DNA of 64,000 bases from Macrostomum hystrix. Taxonomy: Eukaryota; Animalia; Platyhelminthes. The notes beneath the pieces were generated by a model, which did not search any database, had not been told where the DNA came from, and was given only the letters and a program-made list of their open reading frames with translations. The stretch's first letter is position 1. The number at the start of each line of letters is the position of its first letter. The DNA lies in assembly GCA_950097015.1 (NCBI GenBank), contig CATNEN010000029.1, positions 7,192,001 to 7,256,000 on the forward strand, in the 5' to 3' direction. Both the position numbers and the translations under genes were made by a program. Of this stretch, positions 32,584 through 45,200 are shown piece after piece.

Positions 32584-35500
32584 ATGTTGACGTTTGTACT
32601 GACGCTTCTAATGATAAAATTTTGCAATGCTGCTTCTGGTAACTACACAGCCGGCTCGTCCCAACTGTCCCACGCAATTCGTAGCCTTGTGGCCAGATAC
32701 GACAATAGGCTCAGGCCTAACTTTGGCAGTGAGCTCCTGTGACTGCAGCTGCATACTGTGGCATTCTCACTCCCTTTTCACTGGGATTCTCACTCCTATT
32801 CACTGGGATTCTCACTAACATTCTCTGCGATTCTCACTCCTATTTACTGGGATTCTCACTAACATTCTCTGCGATTAACAGCCAATGAGTTTCATTCTCA
32901 CTCCCATTCACTGGAATTCTCACTCCTATTCACTGTGATTCCCACTCCTATTCACTGGAATTCTCACTCCTATTCACTGTGATTCCCACTCCTATTCACT
33001 GGAATTCTCACTCCTATTCACTCGGATTCCCACTCCTATTCACTGTGATTCCCACTCCTATTCACTGGAATTCTCACTCCTATTCACTCGGATTCTCACT
33101 CCTATTCACTGTGATTCCCACTCCTATTCACTCGGATTCTCACTCCCATTCACTGGGATTCTTTTTTTCGGGTCTTACGGGATAATAAAAAAGATTGGTT
33201 TAGGCTTACCTTTTGAGGATTATATGAAGAATATTGATAACAAGATAGCTCAGATCGATAAAAAAACTTCAAAAGCAGATTTCGTTTCCTAGAATCAATG
33301 AATGCCAGCTAAATTAAACAAAATTTGCATTCTTCTAACTCGCGTTTCATTGGCCTGAACCCTTGAACCCTCGATTTTTGTTCAATAGCAAAATGAAGCA
33401 TGGGAACTTAAAAAGCGCCTCGCGTCACGTGGACACGTAGGAATCCTATTTCATTTTCAAATCAATAATAACCTTGATCCGCATTCAACTTGATTATAAA
33501 TGAACCGCTTGGCATTCCCTCAGGGTATGCTTAAGTCTCCCTAGTGTATTTTATTCTTAATTGCTTTTCTGGGCATTATTGTCCTCTTCCTCAAAATCGA
33601 AATTCCTGACGATTGGTGCCAGGCGACGATATAAACATTATGGTTTTCAATTATATATAAGTGTAATTCCCCCCAGCAGCAGAGAACTAATTCCCCCCAG
33701 CAGCAAAGAACTACTTCCCCCCAGCAGCAGGGAACTAATTCCCCCCCAGCAGCAGAGAACTAATTCCCCCCAGCAGCAAAGAACTAATTCCCCCCCAGCA
33801 GCAGAAAACTAATTTCCCCCCAGCAGCAGAGGACTAATTCCCCCCCAGCAGCAGAGAACTACATAATTCCTCCCCCAGCAGCAAAGATCTAATTCCCCCA
33901 GCAGCAAAGAACTAATTCCCCCCCAGCAGCAGAAAACTAATTTCCCCCCAGCAGCAGAGGACTAATTTCCCCCCAGCAGCAGAGGGCTAATTTCCCCCCA
34001 GCAGCAGAGGACTAATTCCCCCCCAGAAGCAGAGAACTAATTCCCCCCAGCAGCAGAGAACTAATTCCCCCCAAGCAGCAGAGAACTAATTCCCCTCAGC
34101 AGCAGAGAACTAATTCCCCCCCCAGCAGCAGAGAACTAATTCCCCCCAGCAGCAGAGGACTAATTCCCCCCAGCAGCAAAGATCTAATTCCCCCCCAGCA
34201 GCAGAGAACTAATTCCCCCCTAGCAGCAGAGAAATAATTCCCCCCTAGCAGCAAAGAACTAATTCCCCCCCCAGCAGCAGAGAACTAATTCCCCCCCAGC
34301 AGCAGAGAACTAATTCCCCCCTAGCAGCAAAGAACTAATTCCCCCCCCAGCAGCAGAGAACTAATTCCCCCCAGAAGCAGAGAACTAATTCCCCTCAGCA
34401 GCAGAGAACTAATTCCCCCCCCAGCAGCAAAGAACTAATTCCCCCCCAGCAGCAAAGAACTAATTCCCCCCCAGCAGCAAAGAACTAATTCCCCCCAGCA
34501 GCAAAGATCTAATTCCCCCCCAGCAGCAAAGAACTAATTCCCCCCCCAGCAGCAATGAACTAATTCCCCCCCCCAGCAGCAGAGAACTAATTCCCCCCAG
34601 CAGCAGAGAACTAATTCCCCCCAGCAGCAAAGAACTAATTCCCCCCAGCAGCAGAGAACTAATGTCCCCTCAGCAGCAGAGAACTAATTCCCCCCCAGAA
34701 GCAGAGAACTAATTCCCCCCTAGCAGCAAAGAACTAATTCCCCCCCAGCAGCAGAGAACTAATGTCCCCTCAGCAGCAGAGAACTAATTCCCCCCCAGAA
34801 GCAGAGAACTAATTCCCCCTAGCAGTAAAGAACTAATTCCCCCCCCAGCAGCAGAGAACTAATTCCCCCCAGAAGCAGAGACCTAATTCCCCCCAGCAGC
34901 AAAGAACTAATCCCCCCCCAGAAGCAGAGAACTAATTCCCCCCAGCAGCAGAGAACTAATGTCCCCAGCAGCAAATAACCATTATTAACCGTTCAACATA
35001 TTTAAAAACTTTAAAACGCAGTAAGAAAAGTGGTAATTATTGGACACTTTTAGAAAACTTTTGGACACATTTGAAAAATTGTTAAACACATTTAGAATAC
35101 TGGTAAACACATTTAGAAAACTGTTAAACACATTTGGAAAACCGTAAAACACACTTAGAAAACTTTTACATACATTTAGAAAACTGTTAAACACTTTAAA
35201 AAACTGTTAAACACATTTAGAAAACTGTTATAAAACATTTAGAAAAAGGTTAAACACATTTAGAAAACTGTTAAATATATTTACAAAACTGTTAAACACA
35301 TTTAGAAAATCGTAAAGCACACTTAAAAAACTTTTAGATACATTTAGAAAACTGGTAAACACATTTAGAAAACGGTTAAACACTTAAAAACTGTTATAAA
35401 ACAATTAGAAAACGGTTAAACACATTTATAAATCTGTTGGACACATTTACAAAACTGTTAAACACACTTAGAAAACTTTTACATACATTTAGAAAACTGT

Positions 35501-36195
35501 TAAACACTTTAAAAAACTGTTAAACACATTTACAAAACTGTTAAACACATTTAGAAAACTATTATTAAACAATTATAAAACGGTTAAACACATTTAGAAA
35601 TCTGTTGGACACATTTACAAAACTGTTAAACACATTTAGAAATATGTTAAACACATTTAGAAAACTGTTAAACACATTTAGAAAACTGTTAAACACACTT
35701 AAAAAACTGGTAAACACATTTAGAAACCTGTGTTGTTAAAAAAACTGTTGGACACTTTTCTCGCTTGAAATTGAGACAAGGTTTGATGATTTATATTATT
35801 ATTATTATTATTATTAAAACGCGCACGCCATCTATCGGTGCCGATTTTTTATATATATATTTTTTAACAACACATTTAAATGAACAACGAAAAGCAACAT
35901 AAAAAGCGAAGTTTAGTAGGAATCAAATATCGAGCTGGGAAGGGAAAGCAAAGGTATTAAAAATAAGAGCAGTAAAAACACAAGGAACGCCAGGGATAAA
36001 ACAAAATATGAAATATCTATTGTTGAATGCTAGTAAGATCTCGTAGTCTCAGGGCAGCTGTTCCCTTATTTTGGAGATATCTATGATATTGTAGTATATA
36101 TATATATTGTAGTAAGAAAGGAGTATATGCCTCGCTTGAATTTGGCTATATATCGTTGAATTGAAGTCTGCTATACACACTTTACCTATTCAAAT

Positions 36196-36230
<35 letters not shown>

Positions 36231-39200
36231 GTGAGAAAAGCTGTGATGTAATCTATTTATAAATTCGCACTGACTGTCTCTCCAGTGGGGTTGACACAGC
36301 TATGTACATTTGACACAGTGAAATTCTTATCAGTGTACTCACTTTTAACAAGACTGACCCTGATGACTGATGCAATCATTAAAATTGGCAGTGGTATGCA
36401 CGTTGACAAAACTGGCTCTGACGTAATGCATTAAAAATCCTATCTAAAACAGTTTTTCGAATATTTAATCCCCTTAGCAATGAAGTTAAGCTTAATAAAA
36501 ATACGTGTATAACTGTCCCCATATTTGGCATCATTTTGGTGAAGAAATGTTGAAAATCGGTTGAGCCGTTGGAGAGAAAATCAATCTCTCCTATATATAG
36601 AAATATAGTTTTGAATTTTAGTATATTGGAGGAGGAGGATTTTACGAGGAGCATGTAGCCCAGTGGTCGGGAGGTCGGGAGTTCAAATATCAGCCCAAGA
36701 AGACACAATTTTTGTTCTTTAGAAAGACACCTAATCCCAGTCCACGGACTGAACAGCTGTACACAGCCTTTGGAAGGGCTTGAGGCTGTTACGGATTTAT
36801 TTACAGGAAATTCACGGCAAAAATTTTGCCGATATTATTAAATCTGCCTTGAAATATTTACTGTTAAAATATCAATAAAATAAAATTGTGGCAATCTAGA
36901 AACTACAAACCAAATCTAGCATTTCGATCGTCAAGACCAATCGAATCTAGACAAAAATTAGTGAAATTCGGCAAAAAAAAGCTGAGCGTTGTATCAGCCA
37001 AGCCGGGAAATTTCAAGGGATAATTAAGTTCCCTTCTAAGCGATAATTTGATTGGCACTTCATTTAAAGCCTTGGTCCTATAGAAAAATTTGAATAATGA
37101 AGTTACTTAATTGAAAGCGACTCGGCTGAAGTACAGTCCGTTCTGACGAAGAGGCCACTTACCAGTATAATTATTTTAAGTGTTTTTGGTTTGCATTGCA
37201 TTCAAAACCCTTTTCTGGCTTAGCAACACACCTACACAGTTCTTCAGTCACTCAGTTGTCTCAGCCCACCCCATCCTCCCCAGTTCTTCAGTCACACAGT
37301 TGGCTCAGCCCACCCCATCCTCCCCAGTTCTTCAGTCACTCAGTTGGCTCAGCCCACCCCATCCTCCCCAGTTCTTCAGTCACTCAGTCGGCTCAGCCCA
37401 CCCCTCCTCCCCAGTTCTTCAGTCACTCAGTTGTCTCAGCCCACCCCTCCTCCCCAGTTCTTCAGTCACTCAGTTGTCTCAGCCCACCCCTCCTCCCCAG
37501 TTCTTCAGTCACTCAGTTGTCTCAGCCCACCCCTCCTCCCCAGTTCTTCAGTCACTCAGTTGTCTCAACCCACCCCATCCTCCCCAGTTCTTCAGTCACT
37601 CAGTTGTCTCAACCCACCCCATCCTCCCCAGTTCTTCAGTCACTCAGTTGTCTCAACCCACCCCATCCTCCCCAGTTCTTCAGTCACTCAGTTGGCTCAG
37701 CCCACCCCATCCTCCCCAGTTCTTCAGTCACTCAGTTGGCTCAGCCCAACCCATCCTCCCCAGTTCTTCAGTCACTCAGTTGTCTCAACCCACCCCATCC
37801 TCCCCAGTTCTTCAGTCACTCAGTCGGCTCAGCCCAACCCATCCTCCCCAGTTCTTCAGTCACTCAGTTGTCTCAACCCACCCCATCCTCCCCAGTTCTT
37901 CAGTCACTCAGTCGGCTCAGCCCAACCCATCCTCCCCAGTTCTTCAGTCACTCAGTCGGCTCAGCCCAACCCATCCTCCCCAGTTCCTCAGTCACTCCAG
38001 TTGTCTCAGCCCAACCCATCCTCCCCAGTTCCTCAGTCACTCCAGTTGTCTCAGCCCACCCCATCCTCTGATAATCCCGCAGCCGACGTTCTGGACATCA
38101 GCATGGAGGTGGTGATCGCCAGCTTTGACAGCATCTCCGAGGTTAACATGGTGAGTCTATAGGTTAATTATTTTATAACTGCCCCCTATCCCAGCTCATT
38201 CAGTACAGCCCAGTCCCTACCCCAGCTCATTCAGTACAGACCAGTCCCTACCCCAGCTCATTCAGTACAGGCCAGTCCCTACCCCAGCTCATTCAGTACA
38301 GCCCAGTCCCTACCCCAGCTCATTCAGTACAGACCAGTCCCTACCCCAGCTTATTCAGTACAGGCCAGTCCCTACCCCAGCTCATTCAGTACAGCCCAGT
38401 CCCTACCCCAGCTCATTCAGTACAGACCAGTCCCTACTTTTAAAGTGCATCGCGGTTGGAAAGGCGTATTAAAGAAAAGCTGAATCTGCCCAAGGTCAGG
38501 GTCGCTTGATCGTCAGCCTGTCTGATCCCTAGCACAGGGACTGCTAAATACAGGGACCAGTTATTTTTCTATATATGTTTAGCCCATAAGAATCGGCTGT
38601 GTACGAGTAGCTAAAGACCCAGGAGACACCGAAGAGGGGACTAGAAAGAGAGCAGAGACTGACAGAAATCACAAGGCTGTGATTTGGAGCGGGGTCGGGT
38701 GGATTGGGGTTTTGGGGAAATCTGGGAGCTAGTCCCCCAGCCCAGACCAGCTGCGGGAGACGGCGACGAGCGGGGAGAAAAGGAAGAAAAAGCTTTGGGA
38801 AGAGTTGGGGAAGGGGATTATTGAAAGCTCTAACGAAGGGACACGCTATGATTGACTGAAGGTCGGCCCACTGAGTCCCTGTATGCGTTGACGAGAGAAA
38901 TTCAAAACCAAACTCAAATTCTTCTAGATAGTTGCACAGCAACAACATCGGTGAAATAAGCTTGGGTAAATAGTGACGCCCAGTATAGGAAACAATTCAA
39001 CTGGGAATCTCAGACTGCACAGCACAAGCAAGTGATTGACTGTTTCAAGTTTCACTTCACAGTCTGTGGCAGCTGGTACAGATCTTGACATTTCCAATTG
39101 AATTGTCTCAAGATTACATTCTTAATCCTTAAGATTAAGATCATTCTTAAGTTTGGGTAGGGACTGGTCTGTACTGAATGAGCTGGGGTTGGGACTGGCC

Positions 39201-42200
39201 TGTCCAGAATGAGCTGGGGTTGGGACTGGCCTGTACTGAATGAGCTGGGGTAGGGACTGGCCTGTACTGAATGAGCTGGGGTAGGGACTGGTCTGTACTG
39301 AATGAGCTGGGGTTGGGACTGGGCTGTACTGAATGAGCTGGGGTAGGGACTGGTCTGTACTGAATGAGCTGGGGTTGGGACTGGGCTGTACTGAATGAGC
39401 TGGGGTAGGGACTGGGCTGTACTGAATGAGCTGGGGTAGGGACTGGCCTGTACTGAATGAGCTGGGGTAGGGACTGGCCTGTACTGAATGAGCTGGGGTA
39501 CTCTGGATGGCAGATTTTTTAAATCACTTGATGTATGCTGGAGTGCTGCTGTTGACCTACTTAAACCAGTTTGCTTTTTACTTCAATATATGCAAGCGGG
39601 CTGTGGGCAATGGCACATAATTTGGTGACACTAGACCCGCAGCCAGCGAGGAGGCAATTCTGCCCATTTCTCTGACCCCTGAGCACACACTCACAAAATG
39701 GTGTACATCTGCACCGACGTTCTCATGGCCAAGCAGTGTGCACTCTCACTGTGTTTTGAAGGTTGGCCCTCAAGGGCGTAAATTGCACAACAACCTTCCC
39801 CCCAAATGAATGTGGCCTCGCCGCGGAATCGAGCTCAGGGACCTCGGTACGAGAGGCAGACGCGCAAGACCGCTCAGCCAGTCACCCCCCCCAATTTTTG
39901 TGAAATACTGACAGTCAGTTTATTGCTTCCTGAACTACGAAACCTTGCCCAGGACTACACCATCACAATGTACCTGAACCAATACTGGACCGACCTTCGC
40001 CTAGCCTTCGATCCCAGCAGTCCCAACAAGTCCATGACTCTCACGGGCGAGTTCGCCAGCCGTATCTGGGTGCCGGACACATTTCTGGCCAATGACAAGC
40101 ACTCGTACCTGCACGATGTCACCGAGCAGAACAAAATGGTTCGCCTGTATGGCGACGGCAGAATCATTTACGGCATGAGGTCCGGCTCGACTGACTGACC
40201 CTCTTCAATCTACCATCTCTATCATTTATACCCTCTCCAATCTCACCCTCTCTCTAATCTCACCCTCTCTCCAATCTCACCCTCTGTCTAATCTCACCCT
40301 CTCTCTAATCTCACCCTCTCTCCCATCTCACCCACTCTCTAATCTCACCCTCTCTCTAATCTCACCCTCTCTCCAATCTCACCCTCTCTCTAATCTCACC
40401 CTCTCTCTAATCTCACCCTCTCTCCCATCTCACCCACTCTCTAATCTCACCCTCTCTCTAATCTTACCCTTTATCCAATCTCACCCTCTCCCTAATCTCA
40501 CCCTCTCTTCAATCTCGCACACTCTCCAATCTCACCCTCTCTTCAATCTCGCACACTCTCCAATCTCACCCGCTCTCCAATCTCACCTTGATTCAATTTG
40601 ACCCTTTATCCAATTTCATAAAAGCTCACTATTTTATGTACGAGCGTAAGTTGGCCACTCATTTCACGCTAAACTGGCTCAGGTTCACAACCACATTGGC
40701 CTGCATGATGGATCTGCACTATTATCCGCTGGATGTGCAAAACTGCACAGTTGAAATTGAAAGCTGTGAGTCTTTTTAAGACGTTTTTAAGACGCTCATC
40801 CAACACTCGCGCAGAGGCGTTTCAAGTCCACCCGAGAGCCAAAACCGAATTTTTTCGGGAATTACGTATAATCTTCACAGTGATAGGACTTCCCTAAAAT
40901 CTAAAAAAATAACGGGATTCCCCTAGACTCCTATGAATGACGGGATTCCCATAGAATCCTATGAATGACGGGATTCCCATAGAATCCTATGAATGACGGG
41001 ATTCCCCTAGAATCCTATGAATGACGGGATTCCCATAGAATCCTATGAATGACGGGATTCCCATAGAATCCTATGAATGACGGGATAACCCTAGAATCCT
41101 ATGAATGACGGGATAACCCTAGAACCTTATGAAATCACAGGATTCCCCGAGAATCTTGAGAATCAGGATTCCCCCAGAATCCTACAAATGACTGGATTGC
41201 TCTAGAATCTTATGAAGCTGAGATCAAGCTAAGAAGCCTGGATGTACTTTTAATGCCTTTGCTGAACTCGAACTCAGACGGCTATCCCAAGGAGGACGTC
41301 ACAATGCGCTGGAAGAACGGCAACTCGGCAGTTGACGGTGCGGACCGGGTCAAGATGCCGCAGTTCACACTGGAACACTTTGAAGTTGCCACAACAACAA
41401 TCTCGCTGTCCACCGGTGAGCAGCTGTCCTCACAGGTTCACGAAATTGCTCATACTCATTTATTGTATAGGCTAATCATTTTTATTTTGAAATTTCCCAT
41501 TCTTTACCCTATTGAATTAAAGAATTTTTTTCTTTTAAGAAGTATCGCGATTTGTTTTAGAAGTATCCCATTCTTTAAAAAATATCCCGTGTTGTTAGAA
41601 ATATCCCTTTAAAAAAATCCCGATTTCAGAAATCCCGTATTACGATTTCTTTAAAAAGGATTCATTACGTCTTTAAAATCCTTCTAATGTTAACAAAAAG
41701 CCTATTCCTTCTTGGAAGAATCTTAGAAAACGTTTATTGTATTCTCACAATGCTCCTTGCTATGTACGAGTCTGTTATCTAAAACTCCAGTGTCCAAGCT
41801 GCAACTTTCAGGCTCTTATCAGCGACTGTCGCTGGTGTTTCGTCTCCGCCGCAATGTTGGCTTCTTTGTCTTCCAAACCTACCTGCCGTCCATTCTCATC
41901 GTCATGCTGTCCTGGGTGTCCTTCTGGATTAACCACGAAGCTACTTCGGCTCGAGTGGCGCTCGGTGAGACAACTCAACACATTTCTGGACGGTACATTG
42001 CACTCTGCATGGGCTGTTTCCTGCGACTACTCCAAATCAGGGTTGGCCAAATAGTCCTTAAGTTGCTCTTTATTTTTGGATTCCCCTAGATAAAAATAGA
42101 AAATATATATCAGGAATTCCAATGTAGCCTAAAAATTACAGGAATGCCACATATTTGTTGATCAATAATCTACTATAATCGTAAGAACGACCGGATTTGC

Positions 42201-45200
42201 CTATAATCTTATGAAAAATGGGATTACTTTATAATCTTGTATATGGCAGGATTCCCCTTTAATATTATGAACTACGGGATTCCCCTAGAATCTATTTAAC
42301 GAATATTTTAAACTATCATAAAATATAGTCTATGAACTCCTACAATCCTTGTACAGAATTCCCCTAAAATCTCATAAATGATGGGATTACTCAATGATCT
42401 AATGAACGATGGGATTCCCATATAATATTATGAACCACGGGATTCCCTAAATTTATTTTAGCAGCGGGATTCTCCTATAGTAAATGGCCGAATTCCCCTG
42501 TATTTTATGAACGACAGGATTCCCCTATCATCTCATAAACGGTGGGATTCCACTAGAATCTTATTTCTTGCAGGTACCCCAGATTAGTTTTAGTATCTTG
42601 AATTCACTAAATCTTCTAAGACCTAAGTGATGAGATTCTCCTTTTGTTTTAAATATATCGGAAATCCATACGGAAAACGTAAATCCAACGTTTCACGGGA
42701 ATCCTCAATGCTCGTACTATCTAACAGATATGGAAAATTCCAATATAAAAAACTTCATAATTCAGAAGATCGATCGGGTTTAAAAAATAAATTTCATTTT
42801 CCTAAACCAAATAATAGGCATCACAACTGTACTAACCATGACAACCATCAGCACTGGAGTGCGCTCCTCTTTGCCGCGAATCAGCTACGTCAAGGCCATA
42901 GACATCTACCTGGTGATGTGCTTCGTCTTTGTGTTTGCGGCCCTGCTGGAATACGCGATGGTCAATTACACTTACTGGGGAGCCAGGGCCAAGCGGAGGG
43001 AGGCCGGGGGGCGGCTGCCTGCCGGCTGCAGCGACTTCTCGGTGAGCTCAACCACTGCTCACAATCTTCCCCGTCAGATTCCGCTCTCAATCTTCTCCGT
43101 CAGATTCCGCTCTCAATCTTCTCTCATCAGATTCCGCTCCCAATCTTCCTCGTCAGATTCCGCTCCCAGTCTTCCTCGTCAGATTCCGCTCCCAATCTTC
43201 CTCGTCAGATTCCGCTCCCAATCTTCCTCGTCAGATTCCGCTCCCAGTCTTCCTCGTCAGATTCCGCTCCCAATCTTCCTCGTCAGATTCCGCTCACAAT
43301 CTTCCCCGTCAGATTCCGCTCTCAATCTTCTCCGTCAGATTCCGCTCTCAATCTTCTCTCATCAGATTCCGCTCCCAGTCTTCCTCGTCAGATTCCGCTC
43401 CCAATCTTCCTCGTCAGATTCCGCTCCCAATCTTCCTCGTCAGATTCCGCTCCCAATCTTCCTCGTCAGATTCCGCTCCCAATCTTCCTCGTCAGATTCC
43501 GCTCCCAGTCTTCCTCGTCAGATTCCAATCCCAGTCTTCACCGTCAGATTCCGCTCTCAGTCTTCCTCGTCAGATTCCGCTCTAAATCTTCTCCGTCCAA
43601 TTCCGCTCTCAATCTTCCCCGTCAGATTCCGCTCTAAATCTTCCTCGTCAGATTCCGCTCTCAATCTTCACCGTCAGATTCCGCTCCCAGTCTTCCTCGT
43701 CAGATTCCGCTCTAAATCTTCTCAGTCCAATTCCGCTATAAATCTTCTCCGTCAGATTCCGCTCCCAATCTTCTCAGTCCAATTCCGCGATAAATCTTCT
43801 CCGTCAGATTCCGCTCTAAATCTTCTCAGTCCAATTCCGCGATAAATCTTCTCCGTCAGATTCCGCTCTAAATCTTCTCAGTCCAATTCCGCGATAAATC
43901 TTCTCCGTCAGATTCCGCTCTCAATCTTTCCCATCAGATTCCGCTCCAATCTTCCTCGTCAGATTCCGCTCTCAATTTTTCCCATCAGATTCCGCTCCAA
44001 TCTTCCTCGTCATATTCCGCTCTAAATCTTCTCCATCAGATTCCGCTTTCAATCTTCCCCGTCAGATTCCGCTCTTAATCTTCTCCGTCCAATTCCGCTC
44101 TCAGTCTTCCCCGTCAGATTCCGCTATAAATCTTCTCCGTCAGATTCCGCTCTAAATCTTCTCCCTCAGATTCCGCTCTCAGTCTTCCCCGTCAGATTCT
44201 GCTCACAATCTTCCCCGTCAGATTCCGCTCACAATCTTCCCCGTCAGATTCCGCTCTCAATCTTCTCCGTCAGATTCCGCTCTCAATCTTCTCTCATCAG
44301 ATTCCGCTCCCAGTCTTCCTCGTCAGATTCCGCTCCCAATCTTCCTCGTCAGATTCCGCTCCCAATCTTCCTCGTCAGATTCCGCTCCCAATCTTCCTCG
44401 TCAGATTCCGCTCCCAATCTTCCTCGTCAGATTCCGCTCCCAGTCTTCCTCGTCAGATTCCAATCCCAGTCTTCACCGTCAGATTCCGCTCTCAGTCTTC
44501 CTCGTCAGATTCCGCTCTAAATCTTCTCCGTCCAATTCCGCTCTCAATCTTCCCCGTCAGATTCCGCTCTAAATCTTCCTCGTCAGATTCCGCTCTCAAT
44601 CTTCACCGTCAGATTCCGCTCCCAGTCTTCCTCGTCAGATTCCGCTCTAAATCTTCTCAGTCCAATTCCGCTATAAATCTTCTCCGTCAGATTCCGCTCC
44701 CAATCTTCTCAGTCCAATTCCGCGATAAATCTTCTCCGTCAGATTCCGCTCTAAATCTTCTCAGTCCAATTCCGCGATAAATCTTCTCCGTCAGATTCCG
44801 CTCTAAATCTTCTCAGTCCAATTCCGCGATAAATCTTCTCCGTCAGATTCCGCTCTCAATCTTTCCCATCAGATTCCGCTCCAATCTTCCTCGTCAGATT
44901 CCGCTCTCAATTTTTCCCATCAGATTCCGCTCCAATCTTCCTCGTCATTTTCCGCTCTAAATCTTCTCCATCAGATTCCGCTTTCAATCTTCCCCGTCAG
45001 ATTCCGCTCTTAATCTTCTCCGTCCAATTCCGCTCTCAGTCTTCCCCGTCAGATTCCGCTAAAAATCTTCTCCGTCAGATTCCGCTCTAAATCTTCTCCG
45101 TCAGATTCCGCTCTAAATCTTCCCCGTCAGATTCTGCTCACAATCTTCCCCGTCAGATTCCGCTCTCAATCTTCTCCGTCAGATTCCGCTCTCAATCTTC

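Noticed and set aside
37180-38162. 270-310-aa Ser/Pro-rich ORFs in three frames
   Set aside because: Artefact of the 44-bp array. Only 38083-38150 is coding.
40913-41160. Cluster of NF-kB-like GGGATTCCC sites
   Set aside because: A by-product of the repeat unit, with no independent evidence of regulatory function.
42627-43845. 336- and 335-aa ORFs
   Set aside because: They are exon 7 plus read-through into the 26-bp satellite, not independent genes.
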